DNA of 17,474 nucleotides from a bacterium (GCA_031362565.1 JANLSU010000002.1:1-17474); one strand, 5' to 3'; positions 1 through 8,278 are shown, counted from the stretch's first letter. Translations and numbers: made by a program. The notes: generated by a model not told the origin, from the sequence alone.

Positions 1-618
1 GGCGATCGCCGGACGGGTGAAGCCGTGGTGATCGACCCCGCCTACGACATCCAGGGCCTGCTCGACGTGCTCGTTGCGGACGGCATGCGCCTCACCGGCG
101 CCCTCGCCACGCACTACCACCCGGACCACATCGGCGGCGCCATGTTCGGTTTCGAAGTCGAAGGACTGCCGACGCTGCTCGCAACGCGGCCGGTGCCCAT
201 TCACGTGCACGCCGACGAAGGCCCGGGGGTGCGCGCCGTGACCGGCATCTCCGAGAACGATCTGGTGCGGCATCGCGGCGGTGATGAAGTCGCCGTGGGC
301 GGAGTGCGCGTTCAGTTGTTGCACACGCCAGGACACACGCCCGGCAGCCAATGCTTTCTCGTCGACGGCAAGCTGGTGTCCGGCGACACGCTCTTCGTAC
401 AAGGTTGCGGCCGGGTGGATTTGCCGGGCGGCGATCCGCAGGAGATGTACCGCACCCTCACGCAACGTCTGGCATCACTTCCAGACGACACGATGCTCTA
501 CCCGGGGCACGACTACGCCGACCGCCCCACATCGACATTCGCGGATGAACGCCGCACCAACTCGGCACTGCGCGCCACGAACCTCGACGATTGGCTGCGC
601 AGCATGGGTGCTTTTTGA
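1..618 (+). CDS. MBL-fold metallo-hydrolase (glyoxalase II-like), 5'-truncated by window edge
   Basis: Frame is open from base 1 (GDRRTGEAVVIDP). It has the metal-binding motifs THYHPDH (HxHxDH), HTPGH, GDTLF and PGH. Confidence 0.92.
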   Translation, partial: GDRRTGEAVVIDPAYDIQGLLDVLVADGMRLTGALATHYHPDHIGGAMFGFEVEGLPTLLATRPVPIHVHADEGPGVRAVTGISENDLVRHRGGDEVAVGGVRVQLLHTPGHTPGSQCFLVDGKLVSGDTLFVQGCGRVDLPGGDPQEMYRTLTQRLASLPDDTMLYPGHDYADRPTSTFADERRTNSALRATNLDDWLRSMGAF

Positions 619-622
619 GCAG

Positions 623-646
623 TGCGATCATCGAATTATGATTGCA
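623..646. promoter_or_regulatory. Near-perfect palindrome upstream of porin gene, candidate transcription-factor operator
   Basis: TGCGATCAT-CGAATT-ATGATTGCA (9-bp arms, 1 mismatch). It is AT-rich in a GC-rich context and lies ~95 nt before the porin start. Confidence 0.4.
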
Positions 647-741
647 ACGAATCCGCATGTCGGGCAGGATTCCGCGCTTGCACGAAGCGCCGCGGACATG
701 AAAGTTCGCGCGCATTCAACGCACCTTGGAGGTGTTCGCTC

Positions 742-1857
742 ATGCGGAAGGTGACGACCGGGCTCATGGCTCTCGTCGCCCTGGGGCTTGGCGCACGCAG
801 CGCCGGCGCCGTGGAGATCGATTCGAAGGCCGAGAAGATCACGATCACCGGCCGGATTCAAACCGGCTGGTACACATCGACGATCAAGGGCGATCCGGGC
901 AACGAGTTTCTCGTGCGCCGCGCACGCATGGCCTTGAAGCTCAAGATCAACAATTGGCTGAGCGGCGTGATCGAGCCGGATTTCGCTTCCGGCGTTTCCG
1001 TCGACCTCAAGGACTGCTACGTCAAAGGCGAACTCTCCGACAACGTCGACATCATCCTGGGGCAGACGAAGCGGCGCTTCGACCTGTTCGAATTGACGTC
1101 GTCGACACAGATCCTGGTGATCGAACGCGATGGGCGCATTGGGCGCAGGGTGTTCCCGACGCTGTCGTCGCTGACCGAGGGCTTGAACTACTCGGACCGC
1201 GACGTCGGGGTGTTCGTGTTGGCGCACGATAAGGATGAGCGCTGCCTGGTCGAGGCCGCGGTCACGAATGGCGTCAAGACGAATACGAAGCCGCAGCTCG
1301 GGGCGAAGGCGTTCCAGGGCCGCGTCTCGGTGCAGCCGATGAAGGAGAACGACCTGACGCTGAATGCCGGCGTCAGCGTGAAACCGTTCCGCACCATCCG
1401 CACGGTGAGCGGCGTGCAGGACTCGGCAACGGCCTACGGTTCGGCATTCGAGGGTTCCGTCGAGTGCGGCAGCTTCAAGGCGGGTCCGCACCTGCAGGCG
1501 GGCGTTGTCCTCGGCACGAACGACACGACCTACGACCCGGTGGCCGATGAATCACAGAAGTTCTTCGCCGTGCAAGCCATCGCGACCTACAAAAAGGAAC
1601 TCGCCAGCAACAAGTGGTTCGAATCCGTCGAGCCGCTCGTCCGGATCGGTTTGGCGGACCCGAACACCGATACGGATGCCTCGGTCACAAGCGTCGGTGG
1701 ACTCATCATTACGCCGGGCGTGAACCTGTTCGTCGCGAACCGGAGCCGTCTGTCGGCGAACATCGACATCTACTTCCCCGAGGAACAAAACGTCGCCGTG
1801 CCGCCGGACCACGACACCCAGATCAGCTTCAAGGCCGCGAGCTGGATTTACTTCTGA
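742..1857 (+). CDS. Outer-membrane beta-barrel porin, phosphate-selective porin OprO/OprP-like
   Basis: ATG at 742 follows GGAGG (728-732). Signal peptide MRKVTTGLMALVALGLGARSAGA, FLVRRAR motif, alternating beta-strand pattern and C-terminal aromatic signature WIYF. The track start at 622 is an upstream extension. Confidence 0.8.
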   Translation: MRKVTTGLMALVALGLGARSAGAVEIDSKAEKITITGRIQTGWYTSTIKGDPGNEFLVRRARMALKLKINNWLSGVIEPDFASGVSVDLKDCYVKGELSDNVDIILGQTKRRFDLFELTSSTQILVIERDGRIGRRVFPTLSSLTEGLNYSDRDVGVFVLAHDKDERCLVEAAVTNGVKTNTKPQLGAKAFQGRVSVQPMKENDLTLNAGVSVKPFRTIRTVSGVQDSATAYGSAFEGSVECGSFKAGPHLQAGVVLGTNDTTYDPVADESQKFFAVQAIATYKKELASNKWFESVEPLVRIGLADPNTDTDASVTSVGGLIITPGVNLFVANRSRLSANIDIYFPEEQNVAVPPDHDTQISFKAASWIYF

Positions 1858-1882
1858 TCGCACCAAGCAGAGTTCGACCGCA

Positions 1883-1907
1883 AGGGCACGGCACCACGCC
1901 GTGCCCT
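1883..1907. terminator. Hairpin between convergent genes, probable terminator
   Basis: AGGGCACGGC-ACCAC-GCCGTGCCCT is a perfect 10-bp stem between the stops at 1857 and 1934. U-tails are weak. Confidence 0.6.
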
Positions 1908-1933
1908 GCGTGCTTTCGGTGCCAGTCGCTGGA

Positions 1934-2812
1934 TCAGTGGCCGAGATCGAGCGGCGGTGACCAGCGCCACCGTGCGAGCTGCGCGGCGCGTGCCGCCGGC
2001 GACCAGGCTTGCAGGCGGCGCAGCAGATCGGCATCGGTGCTGAGGGCCGCTTCTTTGAGCGTCAGGGCCGGTGGATCGCGCCTTGCGGTGGCGCCGTCGG
2101 GCGGCGCAAGCGGGCCGGCGTCGTGGGGTGGTGCGTGCCGCAACGCGCAGACGTAGAACGCCAGATCCCAGCGCTCGGTTTCTTCGAAGAGTTCGAAGCT
2201 CGCCATTGCGGTGCCGGGGATGCCGAAGGTGATCGCCGAAAAGACCGAATAGGGTGACAAGTGCGCCGCCATGCTGCGGGCGCGGAAATCACCGGGCCGC
2301 GGGTGCAGCGGCCGTGCGGCCGGAGTGCGGCCGCCGCCATCGGCAGCATGGCAAACAGCGCACGCCTGGGCGTACAACAAGCGGCCGACGGCGATCGACG
2401 GCACTTGGCGCGGCGCAATGTCGAGACGAAATTCAGCTACGAGATGCGCCTGCAGGGCCCGGAAGTGCGGGATCACTTCGGATCCCGGGCGCCGCGCTTC
2501 GCATTCGGCGCGCAGGGCGCGCAGTTCGCTCAGGAGTGCGGGCGAGCGATCGCCGAGTGCGGCGGTGAGCGCCGTGGTTGCCTCTTGCATGAACCCGGCT
2601 TGCTCGTCGTATTCCTCGCGATCGCGCAGCGTGCCGTCCGGTCCGACCGCGGTGTTGTAGTCCCCCGCGACATACTCCAAGAGCCCGAGTGCGCGCTGGA
2701 CATTGCGCGTCGTCGCCGCGTCGTGCGCCGAGTTCGGCGTGCCGGCGGCCGCTGACATGCTGCACCAGAACACGAGCGCCGCACTCGCGACCGCTCCCCG
2801 ACAACGCAACAT
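1934..2812 (-). CDS. Exported c-type cytochrome similar to the N-terminal periplasmic region of cytochrome c/FTR1 iron permeases
   Basis: ATG at 2812 follows GGAGG. Signal-peptide-like N-terminus, LLEYVAGDYxxAV...EEYDEQ helix motif, CAVCH haem site, GIPGTAMASF distal Met motif and ERWDLAFYV. Confidence 0.8.
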   Translation of the reverse strand: MLRCRGAVASAALVFWCSMSAAAGTPNSAHDAATTRNVQRALGLLEYVAGDYNTAVGPDGTLRDREEYDEQAGFMQEATTALTAALGDRSPALLSELRALRAECEARRPGSEVIPHFRALQAHLVAEFRLDIAPRQVPSIAVGRLLYAQACAVCHAADGGGRTPAARPLHPRPGDFRARSMAAHLSPYSVFSAITFGIPGTAMASFELFEETERWDLAFYVCALRHAPPHDAGPLAPPDGATARRDPPALTLKEAALSTDADLLRRLQAWSPAARAAQLARWRWSPPLDLGH

Positions 2813-2845
2813 GCCCTTGCCCTCCCCCATGCCACACCGCGACGG

Positions 2846-2855
2846 ATGATATACT
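2846..2855. promoter_or_regulatory. Overlapping divergent -10 elements
   Basis: The plus strand has an extended -10 TGaTATACT (2847-2855) and the minus strand has TATCAT (2851-2846). Both lie in the gap between divergent starts 2812 and 2930. Confidence 0.4.
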
Positions 2856-2929
2856 GCCCGAGCCACACTCGGCACGCCGTGATTTCCTTGCACCCGCATC
2901 GATTCAGGCCTCCCAAGGAGACCCGGGCT

Positions 2930-4531
2930 TTGGACGCAGCACTCGTACAGCGGTTTGCGACGCTCTGCGGTCCGGCGGCGTCATCGGCCACGGTGCGCCG
3001 CGTGGTGCGCACGGCGGACGGGCTCGTTCTCGTGCTCCATGACGGCGGCCGTGAACTCGAATTGGGCTTCGCCGCACCACGTGGCACCGCGTGGGCGTGG
3101 ATGCTGCGCGGCGGCGAGCGCGCCGCGCTCACTGCAGCCGTCGCACGTTCCACGCCGCAACTCGTCGAATCGCCGCTCGCCGGGTGGCGCGACCCGAATG
3201 CATCGCCACTCGATGCGTTCCGGCTCTGGCTGTTGCGGCCGGGCGGCGGCGCCGGGCCGTGGCTGCGCCTCGAGGGGACGCAAGTGACGGGCGTGCATGC
3301 CCGGCCGGGCGACCGCGTCTTCGAACTGCAGCTCGAGCAACGCGATAATCTGGGCCGGCTGGAGCGTTTGCGCCTGGTCGCCGAGCTCTTCGATCATGCC
3401 GCGAATCTTCAACTCTTCGATGGCGACGACACGGTGGTCGCGAGCTGGCACGATCGGGCTCCAGTCGCGGCGCGCGTAGTCGCGGCGCGCGCCAGCGCGC
3501 CGCAATCCGGTCACTCCTCGCCGGCCACTGAACCAGACGCTGCGGCGACCTCGTTAGACCGCATGAATTCCGTGGACCTCTGCGCCGCCGCCTGGCTCGC
3601 CCTCTCCCAGAGCGCCGCCGATGAACTCGTCCGCGGCCGCCATCACGCGTGGCGGCGCGCCATCGCGCATGCCGAACGGCTGATCGAGAAACTCGCCGCC
3701 GAAAGCGCCGACACCGATACCGCGGCGCGGTGGCGGCAGGACGGCGAACTTCTCACCGCCAACCTGCATCGCATCAAACGCGGCCAGAGCCGCGTGACGG
3801 TCGAGGATTGGTTCGAGAATGGTGCGCAACGCGACATCGAACTAGATCCCACCGCATCGGCACAGGAGAACATCGCACGCTTATTCAAACGCGCCCGGCG
3901 CACCGCGCGCGGCCGCGACACGGTCGCGATACGGCGGAGCCAGGCCGAAGCGCAAGCCAGCGCGGCGCGCGCCGCGCTGGCCGCCTTGCCGGCCGATGCG
4001 GCTTGGGATGTGGTCCTGGGTGCGGCGCCCGAAGCCTTGCTGGCGGCGTGTCCACGCGCCGCTTCAAGTGCGGTACCGGCGCTCTGGACTCCCGGTGGCC
4101 CGGCAAGTACTGCGCCCGAGGTGACGCGCGACGCCCCACAACGCCCCACCGGCCCCGGCCGCGCCTTCCAACTTCCCGGCGGCTGGGAGGTGCGCGTCGG
4201 GCGCAGCAACGCCGACAACGACGAACTCACGCATCGCTTTGCGCATCCCAACGACGTGTGGTTGCACGCCAGCGGCGTGCCGGGATCACACGTCGTACTG
4301 CGCATGCAGGGTCACGACGGCAATCCTCCGCGCGAAGTGCTCGAAGTCGCTGCGGCGCTGGCCGCCCGTTTCAGCAAAGCCAAGCACGCCGGCACCGTGC
4401 CGGTCATTTGGACCCGCAAGCGCTACGTGCGGAAACCGCGCGGCGCCGCCCCCGGCCTCGCCGCTTGCACGCACGAGAAAACCGTTTTTGCAAAACCGGC
4501 GCTGCCGGAAGGAGTGGAATCCGATGACTGA
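2930..4531 (+). CDS. rqcH: NFACT family protein (RqcH/Rqc2/FbpA-like ribosome quality-control factor) with C-terminal NFACT-R (DUF814) domain
   Basis: TTG at 2930 follows AAGGAG (2915-2920). NFACT-N motifs GDRVFEL and LVAELF..ANL; middle region GELLTANLH...ELDPTASAQENIARLFKRARR; NFACT-R motifs VGRSNADNDELT, DVWLHA..VPGSHVV and YVRKPRGAAPG. Confidence 0.82.
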   Translation: MDAALVQRFATLCGPAASSATVRRVVRTADGLVLVLHDGGRELELGFAAPRGTAWAWMLRGGERAALTAAVARSTPQLVESPLAGWRDPNASPLDAFRLWLLRPGGGAGPWLRLEGTQVTGVHARPGDRVFELQLEQRDNLGRLERLRLVAELFDHAANLQLFDGDDTVVASWHDRAPVAARVVAARASAPQSGHSSPATEPDAAATSLDRMNSVDLCAAAWLALSQSAADELVRGRHHAWRRAIAHAERLIEKLAAESADTDTAARWRQDGELLTANLHRIKRGQSRVTVEDWFENGAQRDIELDPTASAQENIARLFKRARRTARGRDTVAIRRSQAEAQASAARAALAALPADAAWDVVLGAAPEALLAACPRAASSAVPALWTPGGPASTAPEVTRDAPQRPTGPGRAFQLPGGWEVRVGRSNADNDELTHRFAHPNDVWLHASGVPGSHVVLRMQGHDGNPPREVLEVAAALAARFSKAKHAGTVPVIWTRKRYVRKPRGAAPGLAACTHEKTVFAKPALPEGVESDD

Positions 4532-5048
4532 CAACGTGCGTGAGATCCATCGTGGACGGATCATCCATTTGTTCGTCGAGTCGGTGACGCTGCCGAATGG
4601 GCACCGGCTCGATCTCGAAATCGTCCGGCACCCCGGCGCGGCGGCGATCGTCGCGCTCACCGGCCAAGACGAGGTGCTGTTGGTGCGCCAATTCCGGCAT
4701 GCCGCCGGCGGCTATATCTACGAAATCCCCGCCGGCAAGCTGGATGGTGAAGCGCCCGATGTGTGTGCGCGCCGCGAACTTGCGGAAGAAGCCGGCGTCG
4801 AAGCGGCGGCCTGGGAACCCCTCGGCAGTATCCTCACAACGCCAGGATTCTCGGACGAAGTGATTCATCTTTTCCTGGCGCGCGAGTTGCGGCCCGTGCC
4901 GCAGCGCCTCGAGGCCGACGAAGTGCTGACTGTGGAGCGAGTCCCCTTCGCGCGCGCCTTGGAGATGTGTGCCTCGGGTGAGATTCGCGATGCCAAGTCG
5001 ATGTGCGCGCTCTTGCGTGCGGACCTTTACCGGCGCGGCATTCACTGA
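4524..5048 (+). CDS. nudF: Nudix hydrolase, ADP-ribose pyrophosphatase (NudF)-like
   Basis: ATG at 4524 overlaps the upstream stop (ATGACTGA) and follows AGGAG. Motifs EIVRHPGA, LVRQFR, EIPAGKLDGEAPDVCARRELAEEAGV (Nudix box), TPGFSDE and IRDAKS. Confidence 0.85.
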   Translation: MTDNVREIHRGRIIHLFVESVTLPNGHRLDLEIVRHPGAAAIVALTGQDEVLLVRQFRHAAGGYIYEIPAGKLDGEAPDVCARRELAEEAGVEAAAWEPLGSILTTPGFSDEVIHLFLARELRPVPQRLEADEVLTVERVPFARALEMCASGEIRDAKSMCALLRADLYRRGIH

Positions 5049-5051
5049 GCG

Positions 5052-7793
5052 TCACGGGCCGCCGAGCAGCGGTCCGATTTCGCAGGCTTTGGCCGCGGGC
5101 GTGACGATGTAGGTGTCCGAGCCGGCGGTGAACAACGAACGCCTGGTGATGGCAATGCGATCCTGCATGGCGGTGCAAAGAACCAAGGAGCGGCCGGGGA
5201 ACTCCGGATTGGCGACCGCGACGGCGACGCCGAATTTCTCGGCCCGATAGCCCTTGTTGTTGACGATCACGGCGCCATCTTCCCAACGTACCGGCAAGCG
5301 CGACGCCCAGCGCGCGATCCACGAGTTCGAGTCCGGCGTGCCGACCAACAATAGATTCATGCTCTGCGCCATCGGCTCCGTGAGCGCCGAGTCGGCGATG
5401 AGGCGCGGCTCGCCCAGGAACCGGCGCCGCCATTCATCAGCGACCTGGCGGGCGGTCGTGGCGTCGGATTGCGGTGGATGGAGCGCGATCGCCTCCGGGG
5501 CCGGTTTCGTATCGGCAGCCGCAGCCGGTGTAGTCCGCGTGCCGTAGACGATCGCGAACGGCCCGCGCGCGAAGACATCACACAGCGGGCCGCCGTTCGA
5601 TGCAAACAGCGCAGCGTTCGGCGCGCCGCCCGTGGCGAGGGTATGGGCGGCGAGAAATGCGCCGGTCGCATTGAGCTGCGCATCGAAAAACCGCGGGCCA
5701 TGATCGCCGCTCTGGTCGAGCACGAATTCGTGGGCGATTCCCAGCTCCTTCAGACGTGCGTCCATGATCCGCGCGTGCACCGGCGACACCACGGCATCGT
5801 GTTCGCCGTGCACGATTCGAAACGCCGTTCGTGGCGCCGCGCGCAGCAAGCGCACCGGGTTGTGGGCGTCGAACCAGCCGCGCTCCGCCGGCTGGAACTC
5901 GAGCAGTTTGAAGATGTCGCTTTGATCGAGATCACCATACGCGGCGATGGGATTCGCGGCCGCGAACAGCCCCGGATGGCGCAGCGCCAAGAGCCAGGTT
6001 CCAGTACCGCCCATGCCGTCGCCGGTCAGGTACAGGCGCCGCGCATCCACCAACCCATCCGCACGCACCGCTTGCAAAACCTCGAGCACATCGCGCTCGC
6101 CGGCCAGCGTGTATCCCGAATTGCCCCGGCCGTAGGGGCACACCGCAATCCAGCCGCGCTCTTGACACTGGACCGCGAGTGTCGAGTTGTCGAAGAGCGC
6201 CGACTCGTTCTGATCGAGGTCATGCAACGCCACGAGGAGCGGCGCTTGCGAAGCGACACCATGCGGCACGAACATCGTGAAGGGCTGCACACTGCCGTCG
6301 AGAGACGAACGGTGGCCGCGCAGCAGAACAGTATCGACGGGCAAGTTGCCGTGCACCCGTTGCGGCCAAAGTTCCGCGAGGCGCGCCACGGCAGCAGGCT
6401 CACCGCGCCGCACGCCGGCGAGGACTTCGGCCTCGTCGAGATTCGCCTCGACGGCGCTCCATGCCGCCATGCGGTAGGCCAGGATGCCAGTCGGATGAAA
6501 CTTGCGGTCGTCCCATACCCCGAGGGCGGCGGCGTCACGGCGGGCGCGTTGGAAGCGCACCACGACATCGGGCCCGGCGGGAAATGCGGTGCTCGTGTCG
6601 CCCAAAGCGGCGGCCTCGGCGGTTGCGAGCGCGGTCCCGAGCATCTCATCGGACGGCGCGAGCAACATCGTGCTGCGCTGCACGGGTGACGTGGCGCCGG
6701 TCAGCGTCACATCGACCGAAAATTCGCGCCCCGGGCCTGACACGGCCTTGGCGCCGGGCAGTGACCGTACGCAGGCGAAGAACGGCTGATGGGGTGCCGC
6801 GGCCCGTAACGGGCGCGTGCCGCGCAGCGCTCCAGTTGGAAATTCGAGGCTGAGCGTGTGCGCGTGCGCCGCGCCCGTGGGCGGCACCACCAGCCATTCG
6901 CAGAGCGACTCGGCGTACGGCCCCTGCGGGATCGTGAACCAGGTGTCGGGCCCCGGCCCACCCGTTGCATCGAAAATGCCCCAACTGGGGAGCCGGCCTT
7001 TGGCGCCGGCACCGACCGACCACGCGACGCGCTTGGCGATGCCGGCTTCGAAATCGTCCGCCATGACGTTGCACAGGAGCTTGGCATCGGCGCGCGGAAA
7101 AGCGGGATACAACGCCGCCCAGGGTATGAAGAGTTCGAAATCCAAGCGCCCGGCGGCCGCGGGATCGCGCCGCACCGCGGCGCGCACGCCGAGCGCGGTC
7201 GCATCGAACGGTTCCCGCCGCTTGTTGCGCAACAGCGTCCAGGCCTCGAGGCGGCCATCGGCGCGCACGCGCAGGCTGCGTGAACCGCCCATCCAGTAGC
7301 GCTGCACGACGTGCGACTCGGAGGCGAGCGCCAACGTGACGGATTCGCGTTCGAGCCCGGGCGCGCTCGGCGCTGAAAGCGAGTCGTCCCGCATTTGGGC
7401 CGCGAACCAAACGCCGCCCGCGTTCCACTGCATCGCAAAGCGCACCGCCAGGTCGGCGTCGCCATGCCAGTCGCCGGCGAGGCGAGCCTGCGGCCCGGCA
7501 ATGTCATACCAGCGTTCGAGGCGCCATTCGGCGAGATCGCCATCGATCGCGACCACTCGTTCGGCCCAGTGCACGAACGCCCGCGCCCGGTTCGCCGAAC
7601 CAAGCGAATCGGGGGGATAGACTTGGCTGGCGAATTTATCGCCGGGCGGGTAGATGGGCGGCAGGAGTGATTCGTCCCACGGCCGCACGTCGAGTGTCAG
7701 CGGCGGCGCGGCCCAGGCTCCGGGCACCGCGCTCCCTACGAGAGTCGCAGTGAAGACCATGGCCGCAAACAACGCTGTCGTCGGTCGCCGCAT
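5052..7793 (-). CDS. Large secreted protein: CBM9/DOMON-like domain + alpha/beta-hydrolase (S9 peptidase/esterase-like) fold + C-terminal domain; nucleophile Ser absent
   Basis: Signal peptide MRRPTTALFAAMVFTATLVGSAVPGAWA. CBM9-like IDGDLAEW...VWFAAQMRDD...FELFIPW. Hydrolase motifs SSLDGSVQPF, PYGRG, GERDVLEVL, RLYLTGDGMGG, HGEHDAVV and GDHG. Start could alternatively be 7826. Confidence 0.78.
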   Translation of the reverse strand: MRRPTTALFAAMVFTATLVGSAVPGAWAAPPLTLDVRPWDESLLPPIYPPGDKFASQVYPPDSLGSANRARAFVHWAERVVAIDGDLAEWRLERWYDIAGPQARLAGDWHGDADLAVRFAMQWNAGGVWFAAQMRDDSLSAPSAPGLERESVTLALASESHVVQRYWMGGSRSLRVRADGRLEAWTLLRNKRREPFDATALGVRAAVRRDPAAAGRLDFELFIPWAALYPAFPRADAKLLCNVMADDFEAGIAKRVAWSVGAGAKGRLPSWGIFDATGGPGPDTWFTIPQGPYAESLCEWLVVPPTGAAHAHTLSLEFPTGALRGTRPLRAAAPHQPFFACVRSLPGAKAVSGPGREFSVDVTLTGATSPVQRSTMLLAPSDEMLGTALATAEAAALGDTSTAFPAGPDVVVRFQRARRDAAALGVWDDRKFHPTGILAYRMAAWSAVEANLDEAEVLAGVRRGEPAAVARLAELWPQRVHGNLPVDTVLLRGHRSSLDGSVQPFTMFVPHGVASQAPLLVALHDLDQNESALFDNSTLAVQCQERGWIAVCPYGRGNSGYTLAGERDVLEVLQAVRADGLVDARRLYLTGDGMGGTGTWLLALRHPGLFAAANPIAAYGDLDQSDIFKLLEFQPAERGWFDAHNPVRLLRAAPRTAFRIVHGEHDAVVSPVHARIMDARLKELGIAHEFVLDQSGDHGPRFFDAQLNATGAFLAAHTLATGGAPNAALFASNGGPLCDVFARGPFAIVYGTRTTPAAAADTKPAPEAIALHPPQSDATTARQVADEWRRRFLGEPRLIADSALTEPMAQSMNLLLVGTPDSNSWIARWASRLPVRWEDGAVIVNNKGYRAEKFGVAVAVANPEFPGRSLVLCTAMQDRIAITRRSLFTAGSDTYIVTPAAKACEIGPLLGGP

Positions 7794-7905
7794 CGCGGTG
7801 TTTGGCTCGGGGCTCGAACGCACCATGGCGCTGAATATGGCGTGCCGCGCCGCCAAACGCTACCCAGCCCGCCCCGCGGCCGGCAGGCGTGGGTGTGCTT
7901 GCGAC

Positions 7906-7963
7906 AAGAAATCGAAAAGAGTGCCGAAAGGCGAACGAGGCGCTCGGAGAGAGCGCCCCGTTC
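7906..7963 (-). terminator. Probable 3' end/terminator of the ncRNA
   Basis: 13-bp stem GAACGGGGCGCUC-UCUCC-GAGCGCCUCGUUC, then a small GCC-UUUC-GGC hairpin and UCUUUUCGAUUUCUU. The U-tract is not directly adjacent to the long stem. Confidence 0.45.
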
Positions 7964-8268
7964 AATGGTGTCGCCGCCTCTGCGCCCAGAACCATGGCCA
8001 GAACGCCTTGCGTGGGAGGGACAAGGCGTAACGCTCCGTTGGCCACCCGGACCGGCGACACCCGCCGAGTCATGGCAACGAACGTTGGCGTTGAGGATCG
8101 GTGCGGATTCTGGAGTCGAGTCGTGATGTGGTACCGGGTCCGCACGGCTCCCTGGAGTCAGGGTCCCGAGGAGGGGGCAGAACCCCCTCCCCGGATTTCC
8201 TGTTGCTCGTTGTCCCCTGGCAGGTTACCAGGTGACCGCGAGCTCTCCGCCGTTGCTCGTTGCACCCT
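7910..8268 (-). ncRNA. Putative sigma54-dependent structured non-coding RNA (~360 nt), family not recognised
   Basis: No credible ORF. At least six stem-loops (8236-8212, 8194-8166, 8163-8150, 8145-8101, 8062-7967, 7963-7933). Several contain G-U pairs that would be A-C on the plus strand. Upstream -24/-12 promoter and U-rich 3' tail. Ends are approximate. Confidence 0.6.
8202..8262 (-). repeat. 11-nt direct repeat CAACGAGCAAC x2
   Basis: Plus-strand GTTGCTCGTTG at 8202-8212 and 8252-8262, exactly 50 nt apart. Confidence 0.85.
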
Positions 8269-8278
8269 CTTCTTCCTT

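Noticed and set aside
8188..8204. RNase P RNA, tmRNA, SRP or 6S identity for the intergenic RNA
   Set aside because: CAGGAAAUCCGG only superficially resembles RNase P GAGGAAAGUCC and the 3' conserved block is missing. There are no tRNA-like ends, no SRP GGAA-loop motif, and no single closed ~180-nt rod. An Rfam scan is still needed.
8202..8262. Mini-CRISPR from the 11-nt repeat with 39-nt spacer
   Set aside because: Only two short copies, and no cas genes in the window.
7794..8268. Long 5' leader or riboswitch for the hydrolase gene
   Set aside because: No known aptamer consensus recognised, and the promoter architecture fits a stand-alone RNA. Not fully excluded, since read-through is possible.
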